A DNA stretch of 64,000 nucleotides from Octopus sinensis (taxonomy: Eukaryota). The stretch spans positions 124,001 to 188,000 of the forward strand of contig NW_021836178.1 of assembly GCF_006345805.1 (NCBI RefSeq), given 5' to 3'. The notes under the pieces were generated by a model. The model was not told the DNA's origin. It was given only the letters and a program-made list of their open reading frames with translations, and made no database searches. The position numbers were made by a program, and so were the translations under genes. Shown here piece by piece: positions 50,698 to 62,699 of the stretch (position 1 is its first letter; each line of letters starts with the position of its first letter).

Positions 50698-53604
50698 CAG
50701 TCCGACCTCTAAATGGGACACTAAGTGTCTCAAATCAGAGGTTTCCCCAAAAAAGAGGTTTTTCAAAAAGCTCAATAAATAAAGAAAAAGAACATTATTT
50801 TTTAAAATAATCAGTTAATTTTTCTCCATATTTATATTTATTTTTAATTCCTAACGACACTTTCTTTCTGAATTCATAAAAATCATGAAGAGAATCTGGA
50901 ATCAAATCAAAGATGTTTGTCTCTAAGTTTTCCATCAAACTTAAAATTTGTCTTGAAAACATAAAAAATCAATTAGACAATTCAAATACAGTGCTGGTAG
51001 AAAAAAACCGGTTTTGCAGTTACTAACTTTTTTTGGCCGATAGCATTTATTTTTTTTAACTGAATTGAACTCTTTGTAGTTGATTAGATTTATAATTTTT
51101 TTTATTTATAAAAAATTCCATTAATCGTTTAAAATTCTGAAGATTTAAATTTTAGAGTGTGAATAAAAAACCGGTTTTCATTATTGAGTGATATTTTAGT
51201 AGTTGAATTTTTAGTTTTATAAGCAAATGTTAAATAAAATAATTAAAGGGAAGATTTTTGCTCTTTATGAGTCAAATTGGACGATAAAAGATATCGCAGA
51301 TCATCTAAATACTCCAAAATCGACAATCAGAGATTTTCTTCGAAAATTCAAAAAATATGGAACTATTGATAGGATTCCTGGTTCTGGACGTCCTAAAAAG
51401 CTTCAAAAAACAGACGTTGAAATTTTATTGCATCTTGTTGAGTGCGATCCAAAAAAATCTTCTAACACGTTGAGGAATGAAATAAATTATTTAACCGGTA
51501 AGAGTGTCTGTAGAAAGAAAATTGGAACTTATTTAAATTCCAATTTTCTCTTCGGAAGAGTATGTCAATGTAAACCGTTGATTTCGAAGAACAACATAAT
51601 AAAAAGATATGAATTGTCAAAAATTTTTATTCGGATGAACAATGACGCATGGAAAACTATTATTTTCTCTGATGAAGCATCTTTTGAGATTTTTCATACT
51701 AAAAAAGGCAATACAGTTATCGAAAAAAAAGTTCACGTTATGAATTGAGCCATATTACGCCGACAGTAAAATTTGGTGGAGGCAGTGTTATGGTTTGGGG
51801 CTGTATCTCCTATCAAGGAGTGGGCAATTTAGTTTTTGTTAATGGAACGCTCAATTCCGCTAAATATATAAATGTAATAACGAATAATTTGTTCGTTTCG
51901 GCGCGAAAAATGGGACTAAATCAGTTCATTTTCCAACAAGATTTGGCTCCCTGTCATCAATCTGCATTGACAACCAAGTTTTTTGAAGAAAATAAAGTTC
52001 CAATTTTTGATTGGGCTCCGCAATCTCCAGACATGAACCCAATGGAACATGTTTGGGGAATGATGAAGCAGAAGTATTCTTTAGATCCTACAAAAAATAA
52101 ACTGGATCTGGAAGTCAAATTAACAAAAATTTGGAACGAATTGCCGTCTGAAAGTATTCAGAAGTTAATTGATAGTATGCCTAACAGGTCATACGAGCTA
52201 TTTATTAATCGAGGATACCACACAACATATTAACTGTTGATTTTGTTAACTCTTTTTGTTAAAACCGGTTTTTTATTCACAAGCAAAAATTTAAATTTTT
52301 AAAATTTCCGCCGATTATTGAAATTTTTTAAAAGTAAAAAAGATTGTACATATAATCAACTTCAAACTCTTTATTTCATTTAGAAAATTAATAGCTATCC
52401 GCCAAAAAAAGTTAGTAACTGCAAAACCGGTTTTTTTCTACCAGCACTGTAATTATCCTTGAAATTTTTAATGATTCCAGCATCCAATGGTTGAAGTATT
52501 GGTGTCGTATTTTTTGGTAAAAATAAAAAATCAACGTTGCTAAATGTCGATATTTTGTGGCAAGCAGCGTTATCTAATAACATTAAGATTTTTCTTTTTT
52601 GAATAATCATTTTTTCATTAATTTTTTGAGCCAGGATATAAAAATGTCTCTTGTCATCCACGCATTTTTGGACGAAGAGTATAAAATTAGAGTATAGAAT
52701 TTCGTAGAGTATAGAATTTCGGGAGAAAATTTTTTGAAACATCTAGGATTTCTATATTTTCCGATTATTAATGGTTCAAATTTTTCTCCAGTGTAACTAC
52801 AGCATAGATGAAGAGTAACTTTATCTTTACTCCTTTTGAAGCCCCGTGCCGAATCACCAGTTTTTACGAATGATTTACGTGGAGTAAGTTTGATAAAAAG
52901 AGAAGTTTCGTCACAATTAAAAATGTTCTCCTTTCCATATTGTTCAACTTTGATATTTAATTCTGATAAAAAATTCAAAATTATCGCATGATCAGCAGAT
53001 GCGGATTCGCCTGACAATGTTCGGAATTTTAACTCATGCCTCTGCTTGAATTTTTCTAACCATCCATTTGAAGCTTTAAACTTGTTTAAGCCCATTCTCG
53101 AAGAAACAGTTAGGGAAATTTTTTTTAAAAGAGTTCCAGAAACTGGAACATTCTGATCCCTTAGACGCTGAAAAATATCAAGGACTTTTTCATCAAATCC
53201 GTTTTTATTTTCACTTAATGATGAGGAAAGAAATCCTTTTTTGATAAATGGAAGAATATTCTTTTTTATACGAAAAATAGTTCCCTTGCTAGTATTGTAC
53301 ATTATGGATAATCTCCTCTCAGAATGTTCTTTCTTTAAAAGATGATCAGCAATCTTCAACTTAGTTTCATAATTCAAAGGCATTACACAAGAAATTTGAA
53401 ATGAAATGTGTCTTAAAATATTTATTTTTTAAATTGGTATAATTAATTTTATTTAATAAAAAATCAATGCCCCAAATAGAGATGTTAAAATTAATTGATT
53501 TTTTATAATTTGGTTAAAAAAATTTATAATGCCCCAAAACAGAGTTTTCCCCAAAAAAGAGGTGCCCCACCCCTGGAGGTGCGCCCCAATTAGAGGTCGG
53601 ACTG
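50698..53604 (-). mobile_element. Tigger/pogo element (DD29D) nested in the LINE
   Basis: TA|CAGTCCGACCTCTAA ... TTAGAGGTCGGACTG|TA; CDETSLF, LLDNAACH, LQPLDAG. Confidence 0.93.
50989..52449 (+). mobile_element. Tc1 (DD34E) element with IR/DR-type long TIRs, nested in Tigger
   Basis: TA|CAGTGCTGGTAGAAAAAAACCGGTTTTGCAG TIRs; GSGRPKK, FSDEA, GGGSVMVWGC, QQDLAP, PDMNPME; single frameshift near 51705. Confidence 0.95.
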
Positions 53605-54469
53605 TACATGCATGTTCCGAAAAGTCAGCAGTCACTCTATTCACGAAAAATAGGAAGATGGGGACGAAAACTATTGATGTCACGTTGAACGGAATTCCAA
53701 TACCACAAAAGAAAACACAGAAGATATTGGGAGTAACGCTTGATACTTTCCTCTGTTTTTCACCTCACGTAGAATCGATCGTATCAACCTGTATAAAGAA
53801 GATCAATTTTGTAAAAGCCTTCCTTTGGAACTGTGGGAGAACTTATCCGCCAGGGGTAGAGACCCTTTACAAGCAGTATATCGAGCCAACAATAGGCTAT
53901 GCATGTGCTGCTTGGGGCTGTAACCTGGCGGCAACGAACCTGCTAAAAATCGAAAAAATCCAAGAAAGATCTATCAACCTACTGAAGGACCATACCGATA
54001 GGGAAATTGTCCATAGAACACTGGAGTCTCTTGTAGAGGCAAATGGGGGGGATCGTGGAAATGGACCACAAACCATTCACCGTACATACAGAAAGTGTGT
54101 GGGGTCACGGTCGGAACATCGTGAAAAGATGGCTCGACTGTTGAGAAGTGTCGGAATCACCTGAACGTGTTAGTTAATGGTTAAGACGGTGATTTTGTTT
54201 GGCTTAAATAATAATAATTTCTAATTCATTAATTTTTTCATTACTTTTTTGATCGTCGTATTTTTATTGTTTATAACATCATGCAAAATTTCTTTGTGCT
54301 TTTCAACTTCGTTAAATTTTAATTAATATTCTTTGTGATAAGTTATTAGGTGGGAGCTGTTCCGCAGCGACAATGTAAGACCACTTCCTCAGTCGTCTTC
54401 CTACTAATTCAGTAATACCGTGCTTCCTTAATGGGAAAGTTTGCAGTGTAAGGCCCGTTTGGGGTCGAT

Positions 54470-54741
54470 CGGCACCTTAACTAGACGTTTGGTTCATCCC
54501 ACAGCGCCAGTCATGATTACCATAATTGGCCCACTTGGTACTCTAATTCTATATGTGCCTCCAATCAAGTGAGCCACATATCTCACGTGTTTAAAGTTTG
54601 AGAATAGTATGCACCCAATCTGAGCACAGATCTCTAATCATTCGCTTTAACATATGAAACTTTTTACGAACACCAGCTATCCTGAGAGAAATTTCGGAGA
54701 GAACCAGCTACTAGATGGCTCGATTAGTATTTCGCCCCTAT
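54470..54741 (-). rRNA. ~270-bp fragment of 28S (LSU) rRNA, divergent and animal-like
   Basis: ATAGGGGCGAAATACTAATCGAGCCATCTAGTAGCTGGTTC...CAGGATAGCTGG and ACTGGCGCTGTGGGATGAACCAAACG...GTTAAGGTGCC. Confidence 0.92.
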
Positions 54742-56009
54742 TCCTGGGCGTTGGAGAGCTCATCACGCCATCCTAAGCCATAGGCTAGCCGGATGGCTCG
54801 TCTTCTTACTTTCTTAAGCGCGTCAACGTACTTCTCCCTGTCCTCGCAGAAGTGCCAAGCGTGCACGCCATAGGTTAACACGGGTAACACCATGGCGTTG
54901 AACACACAGAACCAGGCACCTCTCCTCAAGTGGAAAGCACGCAACGCGCTTAATCGCTGCATTGCACGCATTTTAGTACGTGCAATGTGATCATCGAACT
55001 TACCTGACTGCTTGAAGACCACGCCCAAGTAAGTCGTCCGATCAACTACAGCGATCGCTGACCCGTCCAGCGATAACCTAGGGATAAAATTAGTGTAACC
55101 CCTCGTCCTTTTACAGACTTTAAGGACACTGCACTTGTCCGCACACATCTTTAGACCCCTACTCCCACACCAGTTTACAAGTTCATCCACAGCAACCTGT
55201 AGCCTACGACACGCACACTCTGGTTTCATCGACTGATCCCAGAGGATAATGTCGTCTGCATAGATCACCATTCCAGTACGAGCATTGACTGGCATAGGCG
55301 CAGAGGCCATAAAGATATTAAACAGTGTGGGACTCAGCACAGAACCCTGAGGGACCCCGCGAAGGACTGTTGCGACTTTAGAAAGAACCCCCTGGTGTCG
55401 CACGACCTGACCGCGAGATTCGAGGAACCCCGACAGCCAGCGCCTTAGACACGGAGAAACCCCACACGTGGCGAGGGAACTCCGCAGGCCGTCGTGCCAC
55501 ACCGAGTCGAAGGCCTTTTCTATGTCAAGACTAACTAACATACCACACTCACTTTTCTGGAGGGCGTTCTTCATTTCGGAAGACACCTTCCACAAGCAGT
55601 CTCCACATGAACGACCCTCCCTGAAGCCCCATTGGAACTCCGGGAGGGCGTCAGCCACCATCAGCTCCTCCAGGAGCCTTTGGTGCATGATCCTTTCTAG
55701 GATTTTAGATATAGCGGGAAGCAAGGAAATGGGCCTATATCCCCCGGGGACATCATGAGGCTTCCCAGGTTTTCCAATGAGGATTACCTCAGCCACTTTC
55801 ACCTGGAAGGAATCATCCCAAGTCGCAAGCTCCCGCTAAACAAAACCTGTAAGGCCGTGATCAACAACGGCGGGGCCTTTTTGAAGATGGACATAGGGAT
55901 CCGATCTAGCCCCGCCGCGGTGTTCTTACTTCGGGAGATCGCTGCCAGGATCTCCCTTTCGGAAACTTCGCCTGCATCGACCCTTGATATGTCCAGCTGG
56001 CAGCGCTTG
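54738..56009 (-). mobile_element. GC-rich APE-type (I/jockey/R1-like) RT, 5'-truncated, fused to 28S rRNA
   Basis: YRPISLL, QWGFREGRS, LDIEKAFDSVWH, GVPQGSVLSP, YADD, YLGV; 1-nt frameshift at ~55803 in W-K. Confidence 0.92.
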
Positions 56010-56679
56010 TATCCCCCTGATTATTTGTTATCACTGATAACATAAAATATTTTTTATGCTGCCTACAGAGGAATTCTTAAGTATTGTTTTGCCAATGTCT
56101 AAATTAGGTAGCATCCCTCAGTACTTAGTGTTCCCAATCGAAAAGAAATCGACACAAAAGACAAATGCCTGCTTGCAATCAGGTGGTTGATTTGTTGTGA
56201 GTTTCGCATTGAATGTGATGCACATCATCATGGAGATTGCCAGACATTTCCCAGACTCGTCCACCACTCGAGAAGGCAGGCGAGACAACACATCATTCAA
56301 TGATGCCTCAGTAGGTCTATAACTGCAATCCCAGTTAGTTCCTTCGACGGAAAAGTCTTCATTCGGATATGGAAACTGTAAAAAATAAATAAATTTAGTT
56401 CCAATCGAGGTTTTCATTCAAAATGATTCATTTATTTTTAGACAGAAATCATTTAAAGTGCTTCAGCCCGAGGTCGGATTCAAGTCGAAAACCGATTGTA
56501 TTTACTTTTCAACGCTGTAAATTCTTCAGCATTGATACTTGTAACAAAAATTAGTTCAAAAGGATATTTGTCTAATTAGTCAATAGATCTACTATTGACA
56601 AATGCACTATGAAAACCCAACTAATTCCAACCATAAAATATCCCAAAATAGAACATTAAGATAATTCTTAATAAGTTAA

Positions 56680-57352
56680 TTAATCCTCGATAAGTTGCAA
56701 GTATGGTCCAGGGAAGTATCCCTTGTGCCCATCCTTCACGACCAAGCACCACTTGGTGTCGTCAAATGGCTCACACAACTTAACTACGTCTCCCTCCTCC
56801 AACGAAATCTTGCTCTCGTCCTCAGCCTGGAAATGTCACAAAACGACAACCTTATACGACTGAAGTACACGGTAACTATCTGCAGTCACTTCTTCAATAG
56901 GCAACTTAGGAATGTTAATATAAATATACATCATATTCGGCTTGGATTGCATGGTAGGCCTCGTCAAAGTCATCGTCAGAGGACACCACACTGTTGTAGT
57001 CCGGGATGAACTCGGGGACCTCCACATTGGGCTCGGAAATGACATCCAAGTCGGGGAGGATATCCGGCTCATTAGAAGAACACAATTTATCAATGACGAC
57101 ACCACACATGTCGATTTGATGCTAAAATGTAAAATAAAGTCATACTTTTGTGTTGATAATTGCTTCCTTGTCGTTTCCTGTTAGATTCTTACATTTTTGG
57201 AGGTGTCGGAGTCGTTGTTGGGCTTTGTCCATGGTCTCCTTCCAGATACTGAGAACTCGGTTGACACTTGTCTCGTCCATGTCCTCAATTGAGTAGAGTG
57301 GGTGGAGATTTAATCTCCGAGTGCTGGAACACACCGGAAAGGCGTTGAACAT
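56680..57352 (-). CDS. SH3-domain protein (C-terminal SH3)
   Basis: YRVLQSYK|AEDESKISLEEGDVV...WCLV..KGYFPGPYL; introns 24, 25, 24 nt; one frameshift. Confidence 0.75.
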
Positions 57353-57675
57353 TTTTTTAGAAAAGTTATTTTCCTATGAAAGTGAGGAAAATATTGGGAA
57401 ACCTCTTTTAGTTGTCCAATCAGACGTGCACATTCTTTAGTGCTGGAATCGTGAGCTTTTTTAATGGACTCCACTAAATATCGGACTTGATCGACGACTG
57501 GTTTGTCCTCCGTGATGTATTCCTATCACATTATTTCCTGGAAGTATACATTTATCAAATTTCCTAATTCTGATCCATGTAGCTCGATTAGACGATTTAC
57601 AGCAATAAGATCGGAATTGTATTTTAATTTGTGTACATTCAATTTGATTTCAGACTCTTTTGATTTTACCCCTAA

Positions 57676-58100
57676 CTACCCATCACTCCAAATAGTCTCA
57701 CTTTTTTGAGCTCCTTTTCTCTTTTTTGATGCGCCAAAGACGCAGCAGCCACACTGTCTCTGCAGAGGTCGCAATTTGTTGACTAACCTGCTTATTTTTT
57801 GTTGCATTGATTTATTTTTTGCTTGTGCTTCCACCACTTCCTTGTGTTCTTTCAGGACTCGGCCGAGGAAATGGTCGACGTCCGCCTGACGCTTTTTTAG
57901 TGTACTCATGATCTATGTTAGTTTTCACTCCATTACTTTTTTTCTGCGTTCCACAACTTCTTTTGATGTTTTTTTGAGTTGGCTTTGGTGCATCATTATG
58001 ATTTCTGTCAAGTTCTGTGAGTTTTCGATCTCCTTTCGGAAGGATCTCAAAGTCCACATTAAGTTGGTCTCCAAATATCTTTGATTAGAATTTGAGGTTC
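57676..58100 (-). CDS. Hypothetical basic/coiled-coil protein (frameshifted)
   Basis: Overlapping ORFs 57812-58057 and 57676-57909 with heptad-like C-terminus. Confidence 0.3.
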
Positions 58101-58623
58101 GCACCTTTTTTCGTCATTGGAAAATTTTTGGGCAAAGGACTTTGTGATTTCGGAGATTTCCTAGTCGTGATGGTTTTGGCTTACCTCGTTGTAGTTTTTG
58201 TATGCAGAGATATATTTGGCGATATAATCTCTAAGGAGTAATAAAAAATACAAAAATGGAAATATTTAAATACTAATTTAGCTATTTTTATGTTTGGGAG
58301 TTATAAGAGTACCTGAAGTAATCTGTGAGCTCGACTGAGCGATTTGTTTCTCCGTTTAAAACTTTGACTTGAGAAGCAAAAATTTTTTTTATTGCTGTGT
58401 TTTTCGACATTAGTATACGATATTTGCTGAAAAGTAAATTCAAATTCGAATTTAATTTTATTTATTATTATATTAAGTTAATTTTAAATAAATTATTAAA
58501 TATATATTAAAAATTTTAAAATTCATTTTCTATTATTAAAATAACTTTTAAAATATTTTTAAATAAATAAGTATGTCATGATGCACCAAAAATACTACTA
58601 AATTAGGAGAAAAAATGAAAAAA

Positions 58624-59883
58624 GGTACTTTTCTATTTCATGAATCACGAAAATAGTTGCACGATTGCGTCTAACAATTCGTCGAATGCGTTGTCCAAAT
58701 GGCTCACTTGCCTTCTCCATAAAAATTCTACAAATTAAATCAGAATATTTAATACCTGCAAAGTATTCACCCATATAATGGCGTGCGGTTCCTCTTTGTC
58801 TCTTATTGCGCCATTTTGCGTTCCCCCACATTCTATATTTTTGTATACAATTTTTGCTACACGAACCTCTCAACAGTCTGGGTATGTGCACCGGTCTCCG
58901 GGTCTACAAAATTCCGTCTGCAAATTTATAAATGAATTATAATAAACTTGTGATTAACTGTAAGGTGCATATAAGCAAGAGCATTTAGATCTGGGGTTGA
59001 ATAACCTATTAACAAGAATAAAGTAATTACAATTACCCTTCCATTTGTCAGAGTGTATCACTGAACCCGGTGCGATATTTCGCTGTATCGCTGCGGTTAA
59101 CGTTCTTTTGGAGCGATCTGGTACCATCTCCAGGAAACAGTCTTTTGTTCCACGACAGATTCCCCCAAACACCCATTGTTGAGGGAGAATCCGTCCCGCA
59201 TTATTTTTTCTTTTCGAAAACATACTTTCGTCAACTTTTACGACATTTTCAATTCCACCTATGCAATCTAATAATGTAATAACAATCAGTGTGTTCGGAC
59301 GATTTGCTAAATATGCAGCACATACCTCCCGCAGCGAGTGAGACCAATTACATATCGTTTGGCCACTCAATTCCAGTTGACGCCGACACCATAAAATGGT
59401 GTGTCTGTCGAAGCTCCACATATAAATAAAACGAATACAAGATTCTAAGGACACTGTCGTGCCTTCGAGCCACGTACCTAAAAATAAAGTACTCTCTTAT
59501 TACACCGTTTCGGACAGAACTTGAAATTCGACACTCGCTTTTATCGCACACCCAAGTTGTACCATCTCGCTTTACGGTCATCAGATGTCTTTTGGCGCAT
59601 TTCTTTTCGGTTGGAATGATTCCAACCTCCTGAAGGAAGGCTACGGACTCCATCTCAGAGAGAGGGAGTCCGTAGTCCTTCAATTTTGCGTATTTTCTCA
59701 TCACAACGTGACCGTCCATCCACACAACCGATTAGAAAATTCAAAATTTTATTTAAAAAAAATTATAATAATATTTACAAAATCGGCATAGTTCATTTTT
59801 TTAATTTTTCCTCTAATATTCAAATAAATTTTCATTAATTAATTTAGTGCCTATTTTCGTGATTCATGAAATAGAAAATTACC
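58624..59883 (-). mobile_element. Merlin (IS1595/ISXO2-like) transposon with 3-4 micro-introns
   Basis: TIRs GGTACTTTTCTATTTCATGAATCACGAAAATAG / CTATTTTCGTGATTCATGAAATAGAAAATTACC; VDES, WVFGG, HSDKW, VNH, AHTQTVE. Confidence 0.9.
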
Positions 59884-62164
59884 AAAAAAAAACAGAGGAG
59901 ATAAAGAGTGGTGATTCTGTCTTTTAAAGAAGAAATTTCAAAATTCTAACACAATCAAATACATGATTTTCTTGATTTTGAATCATTTTTTGTCGAGGAG
60001 TGCATTTTTCAAATACTCGGATTTTTATTTATGTAAAAAAACTCTCTCGAATGTCAATCCTGCATAGCTTTTGTTTATAATGGAGGGCGTTCTGATAATT
60101 ATATCTAAGTCATTTAGGAATTCTTTTACTGTATTGACATTAATGTGGTTGATTACTCACTAGCAATTTATCATTGTTCTAATTGGTGTTAATGTAATAC
60201 ATGCAGCAGTCACAGCAGTATCACTTCTATTAGTATCAATTGTTACATGCAGCAGTCACAGTCAAAGGGAAACTCCCAAAACGTGCATTGCTATAAATTT
60301 GATTTAAGTAGAAAAGTCCGATTATAAATAAGAATGTCCATGTGGATTCAAAGTTCCTGGTAAATTACTATATTTTGCAGGATGGGAAACTGTCAACAGA
60401 ATCTTTGGTCAAATATTCAGATAACAATCGCGCCACTTTACTAGATGAATCTGACGTGATTATAAAAGTCAGTGGAGTAAGTGAGAAAGTGATTATATGT
60501 AAATATATCCGTTGATGTGATGTTTTCGTAGACAAATTAAACCCCAACGCCGAATATTATTTGCAGAATCGTATTAATTTACATACAATTTTATAATAAT
60601 TTTTGTTTTAAACCTTATAAATTGTACGTTCTGATAAGTATTTGTTAGTTTTCGTGTTGATTTTATCAAACATTAATTTCAAAATATCCCCCTGATTATT
60701 TGAATCCATAATTTTATAAATTTCCTTAAGATGTATTCCTTCTTTTTTGATTAGTTAAATTTTATTTAGTAAATCAATTCATTCTGGCGATCCTGAGTTG
60801 ATTTCTCATCATTCTTCTCCGTTCTTCAATCTGGGTCAGGGATGGCTTGGCCACCGAGTTCATTTTTAGAATAATCCCACAATGTATAAATTTCTTTTAA
60901 CGATTTCAATTCTTGGCGTATTCTCAAACACTTCGTCTTTGGTCAAAATTAAGACCGGAATTTTCATAATAATCTTTTCCGATTTTTTGAAATTTGCTGT
61001 TCGAGGTCATTGATTTTGTTTATTACGTAAGAATATGTGAATATTATTTCCTGTTTGGTTCTTTTGGAAGTACTTTGCCACAGCAAAAGGTTCCCAGTAG
61101 AGGACTTTTGTATAACTTTGCTTATTTTGCATTTAGTGGAAACGACTTTATTTTAAACTCTCGTAATCTCGGGGTTCTGCCTGATTTCTGTTGACTTGAT
61201 GTTGTTCTGAGAGACTTGGCCACTGTGTTGCAAGCATACATCGGCAGAATATTTTGGCAGTCGAAATCAATCCCAGAAAACATTTTTTGTCATCCTGCAC
61301 ACTTATTTTACAATTCGTCAATGTTTTGTTAAGTTTGGAGACCAAAAATATTGTCGAATCTTCTTTTCTGTGGATTATACCTTAAATGACTTTGTCGGGG
61401 ATATCAAGACCGTGTTTGGCAACAACCTTCGTCAGACTTGTGGAATTACTTTTTTGATTCGCTTCCAATTCTGAATTTGTGTTTCAAGTCTTGAAAATAA
61501 ATGATTTCATTATTATTCAGGTCTTCTGGAAAGTAATATCCGAGGATTTCTCCCATCAGACATCCGTTGGCCAGGTTCCTAGCATCCCTAGAAACAGAGG
61601 AGTACTATTTGGGTTTCTATAAAGGCGTACTCAAATCAAAGCTTTAAAGACACTTGAGTACTGTTAAATTTTTTCAGGACAAATTCCCCCCCATGATGGC
61701 CGACTATATTAGCTTGTTCGACTTCCTCTATGCCTTTTTCATCTCAAACTAAGGAATCATGTAATGTGTACTTAAGATATGAGATCTACTATGAAAATGA
61801 GAAGATAAATAAATTATAAAGATGGTTAAATATCACATTGAAAAGCTGACGACCTTCCTTCGGGTTGTCTGGCTTACCTAATTAATTTATTTAATTAAGT
61901 GTTTGTGATTTTCTGTTAAATAAGAAACTTACTTAAATAGAGTATGCAATTTACAGATTTTGAAAACACTTGAACACTTTTTTTTGAAATAGCCCAACTT
62001 TTAATAAAAAATCCCATTTGCAAATTTACTGTTTTTTTAAACAATCGATAATCAATAAATTTGGGTCAGATCTAAGAGAAAATCGATCATTTCTTTCCCA
62101 ACCTAGTATTTTGTATAAATATAACAATTAATATATGGAAATTTTATTTAAAGAATGAATAATT

Positions 62165-62584
62165 TCAATAAAAGAAGTCAAAGTTTGACAGATCTTTGTA
62201 ATATTGAGGAAAGAGGCGTTTTTCATAACTTCACTGCGGAAAGTTGCTTTGATTTTCAGTGTGTGGGGCCTCATATTCCCCAAAATGTGATTGCATGAGG
62301 TCATAATTATGTGGGGGCTCATATGCATTCGAGTAAGTAGGTGTATATTCCTCGATAGATTGCCAAGGGATATCTTTTAACCAAATATCTTCATAAAAGG
62401 TGTATGTATTTTTCTGCCCTTTTTTTCTTTTAAGGATCCTCGGGTTGTCTTTCAACTCCCCCCACATTCTTGCAAGTTCGGTTGGATTGGTAATTCGAAA
62501 CGAATTCGACATCACAATCCACATGAGATAAGGAAACTTTTTGTTCAAATTTTTAATGAGAAATTGATATGGCAATTTTTGCAA
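62165..62584 (-). pseudogene. ETS-like gene lacking the recognition helix, premature TGA at 62231
   Basis: YQFLIKNL..YLMW...FRITNPTELARMWGELKDNPR-ILKRKKGQKNTYTF, followed by a Tyr/acidic tail. Confidence 0.7.
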
Positions 62585-62699
62585 ATTTACTTCTTTTTTT
62601 ATTACAAGGGCGCACGTCGTTTGTTTTAAGTGTTAATTCGTAATTGTTAAAAATTTGTACTTTGGCACTATGTAACAGTCCGATCTCACTTGCAAGTAG

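Larger units (their letters stand above)
49681..54218 (+). mobile_element. Internally deleted I/jockey-like LINE with 2A-like motif and inverted 3' ends; host of nested Tigger and Tc1
   Basis: GDVEQNPG, CLLQETK, GGGLL, CGPDGIP; WLYENR|LHACSEKS restored across the Tigger site; 49681-49821 is an inverted copy of 54075-54218; TSD TTCTAATT. Confidence 0.9.

Noticed and set aside
54340-54469. Extension of the 28S match
   Set aside because: Could not align confidently to conserved LSU motifs by eye.
55800-55806. Apparent TGA at a conserved Trp (UGA=Trp code)
   Set aside because: Downstream ORF is in a different frame; a 1-nt loss from TGG explains it, and TGA terminates MetRS and Rpn5.
56010-56027. 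18-mer TATCCCCCTGATTATTTG repeated at 60685
   Set aside because: Too short and distant to be a TSD; no extension; chance or a tiny repeat remnant.
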